Both the position numbers and the translations under genes were made by a program. 47,975 nucleotides of DNA, from the IMG/VR virus record IMGVR_UViG_3300031912_000021, positions 1 through 47,975 of that record, one strand, 5' to 3'. The notes beneath the pieces were generated by a model. It worked only from the letters and a program-made list of their open reading frames with translations. It did not search any database and had not been told where the DNA came from. The stretch's first letter is position 1. Every line of letters begins with the position of its first letter. Positions 42,401 to 47,975 of the stretch are shown piece after piece. The stretch comes from a virus. Lineage: Duplodnaviria; Caudoviricetes.

Positions 42401-44207
42401 TGGAGAAAGTCATCCCGCCTACGGCGGCATTTAGGCCACCAGTTCCCTGTAATGTTCCGCCAAAAGATGATCCATGGGAGACTAGCTGGATCTTCGCCGT
42501 TGCATTGTCGTTGTCGGCCTCGATCCTCGCGGCATTCGCGGCGCTCGAATTGGCCGCTCTTATTGCTAATTCCGTACCAGTCAACTGCAACGCCAAGCGA
42601 GTTGTAATATCGACAGCGGAATTGATGCCCTGATAGGCGACGTTCGCAAGGTTGTATCCCGCCGCGTCCACGTTGGTGAGCCACGGCGTCTGACTCGCGC
42701 CGCCGCCCGTTCCGCCGACCGCGCTGACCGTGATGTCTACGCGGTTGCTCGTGGAGTTGTCAACTCCCGAGAACGTGACATTCGATCCCTCAATCAGGTT
42801 TATGCCCGGCCTATTCCCGATCAGCGTGGTGGTCGCGCCCCTGGTCGTCCAGATGGCCGTCGATCCGGTATTCGTGATTGTGATGTTAGCGCGGTTATTC
42901 GCAGGCTCATCCGCGATGGTAATCGTCGTGTTAGAGTTCCCAGGAATGAAATTGATCCCCGATTCCGTCGATACCGGGGAGCCTGGATTGCCAACTGCGA
43001 CATTGCTGAATACGTTCACCTTCTGAACAGAGGTATTAGATACAACTGACAAATTCAGATCCGCACTTAACGGTCCACCACCAGCCAATCCTGACCCAAC
43101 AGCCGTGATGACCTGCCGAGTATTCGCCACCCCACCAGCCGTTACGATATCTCCCTGATTCAACACGATTGATCCCGTGCGCCCGAAGACACTAATCACA
43201 GCCGCGTTCAAAGTAACATCCGAACTAAGCGCGCCCCCTCCAGACATCCCCGTTCCAGCAATTACTTGCCTCGCCGCTGGTACGCCACCACCAGCTGAAA
43301 CATCAGCAGCCGTTAATACAACAGCTCCAGTGCGGCCGAAAACAGAAGTCACTAGAGCATTAAGCGTCACGTCCGCTGTTAGCTGCCCACCACCAGACAT
43401 TCCCGCTCCGGCTAAGACTGATCTAGTGTTTATTACTCCAGTCGCTCCCGTAATATCTGCAGCCGATAATGTGATAGCCCCAGTTCTAGTGTTGAAGCTT
43501 AGAACTCCCGCGTTCGTTAGCGTCACGTTCCCAGTTAATGCACCGCCACCTGCCAATCCCGCGCCCGCGATCACTTGAGTCGAAGTTGGTACTGCTGGAG
43601 AAGTCGCCCATTTTACTCCTAATGGTTGAGTGCTATCCGCCTGTAGTGTAGTTCCGTCCGCGCCCACTGGGATTCTCACCGCTGGAGCCGCCGCTCCCCG
43701 ACCAACGATGTCCCCTTTAGTAGTCGTTGGATCAGAAAATACTCCAGGCAACACGACATTGGAAAGTGTGAATCCTCCGCCGTTCACATTACCACTCCAG
43801 ATCTGTTGTCCGAGGGTCATTACTCCAGTCGACCTGACAATCGAGATTGGCGTATGAATTATATTGCCTGTATCGTCACAAGCTTCTAGCTGGAGGTTCG
43901 ATCCAGCATTAGCGCCGCTCTCGGTCGTTGCATCCTTGATTAAGATCCATCTCGGGGGATTCCCACCCGCTTCACTGTCTAATCTCAATTGAGCACTATA
44001 ATCAGTAGAAGTTGGGATAACGTGCAACGGGGAAAATTCCGCCACACCTGGACCTGGATAATATGGGTCAATAATGACGTTCGAGAGGTGATGTCCTCCG
44101 CCATTAACATCACCTCCCCAGTTCATTATGTCATTAGAGAGATTATTCATGTCATCGGCATGAAGATTATCCGATGGCGTGAAGTTGTTTTTGCTGAGCC
44201 AAGCCAT
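39417..44207 (-). CDS. Long tail fibre protein
   Basis: 1596 aa. Alternating VIAGxGLxGGGxLxxxVTL and SVFGRTGAVVL repeats, TTxGDxxV motifs, several ERMRI...GNVGIGTxxP repeats, and a C-terminal GAWLSYTP receptor-binding-type domain. Confidence 0.85.
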   Translation of the reverse strand: MAWLSKNNFTPSDNLHADDMNNLSNDIMNWGGDVNGGGHHLSNVIIDPYYPGPGVAEFSPLHVIPTSTDYSAQLRLDSEAGGNPPRWILIKDATTESGANAGSNLQLEACDDTGNIIHTPISIVRSTGVMTLGQQIWSGNVNGGGFTLSNVVLPGVFSDPTTTKGDIVGRGAAAPAVRIPVGADGTTLQADSTQPLGVKWATSPAVPTSTQVIAGAGLAGGGALTGNVTLTNAGVLSFNTRTGAITLSAADITGATGVINTRSVLAGAGMSGGGQLTADVTLNALVTSVFGRTGAVVLTAADVSAGGGVPAARQVIAGTGMSGGGALSSDVTLNAAVISVFGRTGSIVLNQGDIVTAGGVANTRQVITAVGSGLAGGGPLSADLNLSVVSNTSVQKVNVFSNVAVGNPGSPVSTESGINFIPGNSNTTITIADEPANNRANITITNTGSTAIWTTRGATTTLIGNRPGINLIEGSNVTFSGVDNSTSNRVDITVSAVGGTGGGASQTPWLTNVDAAGYNLANVAYQGINSAVDITTRLALQLTGTELAIRAANSSAANAARIEADNDNATAKIQLVSHGSSFGGTLQGTGGLNAAVGGMTFSIADVEAMRVSVGKHLLVGTNTDDGVEMVQVNGKIKSLTGGIVFPDGTVQTTAITSTGMNDPTTTLGDLIVRGSTVTGRLGVGTNGQVLVANSVAAMGINWVSPNALSGVQSPWVADEDAANHKLLNVNRIGIGTSSPTVSLDIQGNPYAYINISSLGSTAPAGRYQIVPDAFAIYLRANTATAGDFSTLLNIATFNTSSAAFNAIPGSAETVNIISGDGAIQAILQGYSYSSSQGYGLTFASNSARGTSAAPTPSQQNDFLGRHIFNGYTSTNGWTTGAQISSLVEQNWGATAAYANLIFYTASGGGAAERMRLTGAGQVLIGQTAGNGTLAALQVTAPATATSAFDVTQTIGTGRANVTFINASGSSDVTNKMRLRLGPAAAFAGTDVQPYIESYIQDTAYNAGLALGTKNASGVLEAMRINFNQQVSIGSLITPGARLNVVDSGTFQLNLAATDNQWGLVFQSYGASAPVSGYGGPNNAAIVQYFNAPMVFATANVERMRIMGNGNVGIGTTNPGANLDVHGGSGVATLTSTATGIAQVLLQSNNQNWFFQNRGNLDAASGPSFNRFALYGPTSNECMTVLTNGLVGIGTASPAYQLDILSNNATQLRLQTAAGSGSQIYLGAGQAGAGGVIQFAATTANANAVCLGNSLPGAAVTNDFVFGTFTTAGGWAERMRILGAGNGNVGIGSSAPVTRLEVCVPNGNTGINVTTSQASYGLLIGQDAASQSASVYHGPNYGYVINVLNAPLILGANNLANVTILPSGNVGIGTVSPAYTLDLGNGSLGGIGLRVNNAAGGGTRLTINGGTTNFTISNSYFTTNAFEIHDDTNIASRLVILPSGNLGINKAAPAYALDVTGDCNISGTYRVNGVALSTGGAPGAWLSYTPTVTDNVGTAMATSSLTAHYVVFGSILFIQIVFVVTMTANSGAINFTLPVTAVADANNVTCYAAWGSGTQNQAVIASGNSGTSIKITMGAFSNGVSLQLYIGGSLRIS

Positions 44208-44208
44208 A

Positions 44209-44514
44209 TTATTCGACGGCCGCTAGACCGTTGGTCTTCTTCTCCTCAATTACGTTAGAAATTAGCTCATCTTCAACAGTACAGATTACCGAGCCATTAA
44301 CTATCTGCGCGGCGCTGAATCGATCGACCCCGCGATGCATCAGAACCGACCTCAGGAAACTCTGTTGCCGCTCGACAGTCGAGTTTATTCGCTGTTCAGC
44401 ATTCTTCATATCGATACTCAGCGCGCCGTATTGCGCCAATGCTCTTGTCTTCTCTTGTTCCAACTGATCGAGAGCAGCGAGTTCTTTCTGTTCGAGCCTA
44501 AATGTCTTTTCCAT
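44209..44514 (-). CDS. Small coiled-coil protein (fibre chaperone candidate)
   Basis: 101 aa between two tail genes; AAGGAG RBS. Confidence 0.6.
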   Translation of the reverse strand: MEKTFRLEQKELAALDQLEQEKTRALAQYGALSIDMKNAEQRINSTVERQQSFLRSVLMHRGVDRFSAAQIVNGSVICTVEDELISNVIEEKKTNGLAAVE

Positions 44515-44522
44515 GTTTCTCC

Positions 44523-47500
44523 TTATTGAACTTTGGTGATAATTCCGCCGACAACAGTAACGGTGCGCCCGTCATTGGTCGGAAAAGTGACTGGAGTTGC
44601 GGTGGTGCCGACGCCCGCGGCATAACCGTAAATTCCAAACTGTGTCGCATAAACGAAGTTGGTTCCCGTCTGTACGCTTCCCGTCCAGATCCCGGCATTG
44701 CAGGTCGAACAAGTCAGCACTCCATTCAGGTCCACATGAAACACCTGCGAGCCGCCAGAGTTCAGCATCGAAATCGAACTAGGCTGCAAATCCATTCTGG
44801 GATAGCCACCGCCCGCGCTCATCAGCAAAATTCCCGGCCCGGTTAGATCCAGGACGTGCTCTCCAAAGCTAGCATTCGGACTGTTTCGCAGGACATATGT
44901 GCTCAACTGAGCCACGATCCTGCCCGCGTCGTGAAGCTCATTCCCCTGCGCATAGATTGTCTGCGTCCAAGGTGTCTGCGCTCCAGTCATGGCAGGACCA
45001 ACCCATTGACCGAAGCCATTAATGATGGGCGTGGCTATCCCTCCCACGCGGATATAAAGGCTGGAAGCTGTGATCTGTCCACTGTCGATCCAGTAGTTCG
45101 CACCGATGTTGACATTGGAGTTGACGAGGTTGCGGCTGGAATCGATGACTTCAGTTGTGCCGATGGAGTAACTGTTGGCAGAGAAATCTCCGGCCTTTAT
45201 CGGCCCGATATAAGTCCCGCTCGCATCGATCAGTTGAATCGAAGCCGTCGGCCCCCAGAACACCTGCGCGCCCAATACTATATCCCTAGTCGAGCGCACC
45301 TGAAAGCTTATGTTATTATGCTCATCTCCCATTGTTAATGAGGAGCCACCAGTTAGGATGCCAGCATTAAAGTACCCAGAATTCATCAAGACATTTATAA
45401 TGCCAGTCGTTGGGCTGAATAGCGCAAGCTCACCCCAGAATCTTCCACCATCGTATCCTTGAGAATCCCCATTGAACGTGTACAGCGCGGCGCGCTTTTG
45501 CTCGGTCGTGGTAGCATCTTGCGTGCTTAGAAGGATTCCGCGATTTATCAACTGCATTCCATGTGTGGTTGCTTTATTCCCCACGTCATCCCAACGCATC
45601 AATGTAATCCCAGGGAATTTATTTATCCCAACAGCCGCATAAGCAACATCCGTTCCCAACAATAACTGATAGGGCGCGTTGGTCGGAGGGCTGATTGCTG
45701 GAATGTTTCGGGTGTAATCAATCTCGAAAGTATTGATCCCCCGCATGTGTATCGTGCCATCCCCAGGAACTAAAATATTCCAGTTAGCTAGATTGGGACC
45801 ACCAATAGCAATCTGGGTGAACCAACCCCCTCCGATATCTGCAATGTTCCCGATTGGAACCTGGTATGTCCCATCGGGATTAGCTGATAAACTCGCCCCT
45901 ATTCTAGCCTGCTCGGTATTTCTCTTATCCCGAACGCTTATGTATGGGAAGTATTTCGTTCCCAAAGACGTCTGAACATCCCAACCTCCGACTATAACTA
46001 GCCCTCCATTCTTGACGTATAACGGCGAAGTTGGAGGTCCACTACCACCGACATACAACTCTGAAAACCAACCTCCATAAATCGTTCCCCCTCCAGAACT
46101 TTGTTGTCCAATCCAAGCTCTCAGAGTTGGGGTTCCATTGATATCTCCAGGATCAGTCCCACTTGAGTAAACTGCGATCTGACCATTCTTGCCCGAGAAA
46201 GATGGTCCCAACCCTGAGCTAGCGGGCGCGCCCCCGACCCTCAATACGGTCCCCACTTGGACTCGACCCGCGTCAACCTGATTGATAAGTAATCCAGTAT
46301 TCAGCGGATCATTAGGATTAAACGGGCCGGGCGCGTTCTTCCAAACGAAATCATTAGTGCTGAACCAATCCGTGGGAATTTGACTAGCCTTTATAGCTCC
46401 AGGTTTAGGTTTAAAGTCGTCGTAAGTAAATGGTGTCGTACCCCCAGGCTGTTGATCAATACTATTCATGAGATTCTGAGGGTCATAACTTATCACGTAA
46501 AAATAGATTCTCCCCGCGCTCGATGCCGGCATCCAAGGAGTGGTTAAACTTGTCGCCTTTCCCGCGTCAAAGTAAGTTATTCCCCCAAAAACATCGATCA
46601 TTGCAACTTTCGCGCCGCCGAAATTATTGTCTTTAGGTATCGTCCAGCCAGATATCGTGAAGCGCATCATTTGCACGCCATCACTAGAAACTTGCTGATC
46701 CTCGATTGGCGTGGGCAAGTTCAATGGCGTAACGAGCGGCGCGTGCTCCTGACCTATCCCGCCCTGTGTAATTGGGCCACCAATATGCCAAAGGATTTCG
46801 GGAGATCCGACCCTTGGGCTAGATGGAGTATTGTTTTCCTGTGAGAAAGCATCTTGAGATACGGCAAGTATAGTCCAATCTTCTGCATTTACAGGCCAAT
46901 TCAAAACTTCCAGAGTATCGAATGTTGCCGTATCCCCGACCATGTCCAATTGCATTGGTAGTTTGTAATTGGGATCTGTTGGGTTAGTTGCAATCAGATA
47001 GAATACAACTCCCCCAAAGTTCGCGGCCGTCTGTTTATCCCAGGCTATATCGGCCATAGCTACCAACGAGCCATCGTACCTCCTACTCCAATACGTCTTC
47101 ACAAGTTTAAATCCCGTGATGTCGGGCGCGTTTGGTAGGCTTAAACTAATCGTTACTTGAACGTAAGGAGTTACCCCAGGAATCAACTGGTTAACGTGAG
47201 ACGGTTGTGAATTATCTCCCGAACAGAAATAAGCTCTAAATGTTCCCCCGCCTCCCGCGGGATAGATCGGAGACAAATAACCGTGAGAATCCGTTACTGA
47301 AACCCAGACTTTAGAGTCGGTAATTACGTAATAAGGGTCAATGTTCTTGACATCTGGATAAGCATAAAAGATATCAACTCCGCCAAATGGATTCATTCCC
47401 GTGGGAAGGGGAGTATTCAAATCTGGCGGAGTGTAACTAAACAGCAATCTATAGTTTGGATCAGGCCTATCGAAGTCCGTTTCCAATTGTACTTGACAGT

Positions 47501-47975
47501 TTGTAACCAACCAAGCATATTCTTGTCCGCGAACATATATAGTTCCAGGAGGAGGGATGGCCGCTATCACGCTAGGGGTTGCGTTTGGTTGATTAGCCCT
47601 GACTAGAACAGCATTTGAGTTTGGGCCGTATGAAGCTAAGTAAATCCTGACCTTCCGATCCATCCCCTTCTTCAAACTTGTAGACGTGTTGTCAACTAGG
47701 ATATCTACGGGGCCATGAGCGGCGGCCGATCCGGTCCAGACGGTTGAGGATTTGTTCTCGAAAACCGGGGTCCACTTCCCGCTGACCTGATTCGTGGTCC
47801 CGTCCATTGGCCGCGTGCCGCTCATTGGCATCGAAGCTTGGGAGCTGATGTCAGGATCTTCTAAATAGACGTCAACTCCAGAGAAGTTATCCGCAGTTGC
47901 CTCGGGAGCTAACGTATAATAAACCTGAACTTCAATTTGTCCATTGCTTCTCGGAGTTATAACTGGATTCGGTTT
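44523..47975 (-). CDS. Large tail/receptor-binding protein, 5'-truncated by the window end
   Basis: The frame stays open from 47831 to 47975 (KPNPVITPRSNGQIEVQVYY...). Ig/FN3-like repeats, then beta-rich segments, ending in TVTVVGGIITKV. Confidence 0.75.
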   Translation of the reverse strand, partial: KPNPVITPRSNGQIEVQVYYTLAPEATADNFSGVDVYLEDPDISSQASMPMSGTRPMDGTTNQVSGKWTPVFENKSSTVWTGSAAAHGPVDILVDNTSTSLKKGMDRKVRIYLASYGPNSNAVLVRANQPNATPSVIAAIPPPGTIYVRGQEYAWLVTNCQVQLETDFDRPDPNYRLLFSYTPPDLNTPLPTGMNPFGGVDIFYAYPDVKNIDPYYVITDSKVWVSVTDSHGYLSPIYPAGGGGTFRAYFCSGDNSQPSHVNQLIPGVTPYVQVTISLSLPNAPDITGFKLVKTYWSRRYDGSLVAMADIAWDKQTAANFGGVVFYLIATNPTDPNYKLPMQLDMVGDTATFDTLEVLNWPVNAEDWTILAVSQDAFSQENNTPSSPRVGSPEILWHIGGPITQGGIGQEHAPLVTPLNLPTPIEDQQVSSDGVQMMRFTISGWTIPKDNNFGGAKVAMIDVFGGITYFDAGKATSLTTPWMPASSAGRIYFYVISYDPQNLMNSIDQQPGGTTPFTYDDFKPKPGAIKASQIPTDWFSTNDFVWKNAPGPFNPNDPLNTGLLINQVDAGRVQVGTVLRVGGAPASSGLGPSFSGKNGQIAVYSSGTDPGDINGTPTLRAWIGQQSSGGGTIYGGWFSELYVGGSGPPTSPLYVKNGGLVIVGGWDVQTSLGTKYFPYISVRDKRNTEQARIGASLSANPDGTYQVPIGNIADIGGGWFTQIAIGGPNLANWNILVPGDGTIHMRGINTFEIDYTRNIPAISPPTNAPYQLLLGTDVAYAAVGINKFPGITLMRWDDVGNKATTHGMQLINRGILLSTQDATTTEQKRAALYTFNGDSQGYDGGRFWGELALFSPTTGIINVLMNSGYFNAGILTGGSSLTMGDEHNNISFQVRSTRDIVLGAQVFWGPTASIQLIDASGTYIGPIKAGDFSANSYSIGTTEVIDSSRNLVNSNVNIGANYWIDSGQITASSLYIRVGGIATPIINGFGQWVGPAMTGAQTPWTQTIYAQGNELHDAGRIVAQLSTYVLRNSPNASFGEHVLDLTGPGILLMSAGGGYPRMDLQPSSISMLNSGGSQVFHVDLNGVLTCSTCNAGIWTGSVQTGTNFVYATQFGIYGYAAGVGTTATPVTFPTNDGRTVTVVGGIITKVQ

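Noticed and set aside
33127-45975. Numerous plus-strand ORFs opposite the tail and ejection genes (and similar ones opposite the head genes)
   Set aside because: Antisense shadows of long real genes with biased codon usage.
1-47975. Polar KOPS-like skew of GGGCGCGC as the target of the gamma-like domain
   Set aside because: The word occurs in both orientations throughout, and true GGGNAGGG sites are few.
1-47975. tRNA/rRNA genes, integrase, att site, repressor, tape measure, reverse transcriptase/DGR
   Set aside because: No supporting motifs or repeat pairs were recognised by eye; absence needs confirming with tools.

Overview
Near-complete (~48 kb) genome of a tailed dsDNA phage with podovirus-type architecture: portal, scaffold, HK97-type capsid, adaptors, tail nozzle, ejection proteins and tail fibres, with no tape measure, tail tube or integrase recognisable. 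A leftward late arm (15971 to 1) starts at a consensus sigma70 promoter. It appears to continue through the window ends into the leftward tail/ejection arm (47975 to 33072), with a small gap missing inside one tail gene. A control region (16.0-19.2 kb) holds oriented repeats, hairpins, a G-tract and IHF-like boxes. A rightward early/replication arm (17349-33071) encodes a SprT-like protease, SNF2 helicase, Cas4-like nuclease, AAA recombinase, SSB-like protein, ParB-methyltransferase, a UDG-PolA fusion (His at the 762 position) and a DUF3987-like helicase. The most unusual items are: (i) a divergent PurD-like ATP-grasp ligase translationally coupled inside the head module; (ii) an FtsK-gamma-like winged helix in a putative ejection protein; (iii) an HD-like hydrolase as the first late gene; (iv) no recognisable primase or endolysin; (v) a polarity-switching repeat array around a GNA-triloop hairpin and G-tract; (vi) apparent genome-wide CGCG/GCGCGC enrichment. 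All family assignments come from motif recognition by eye, not from database searches.
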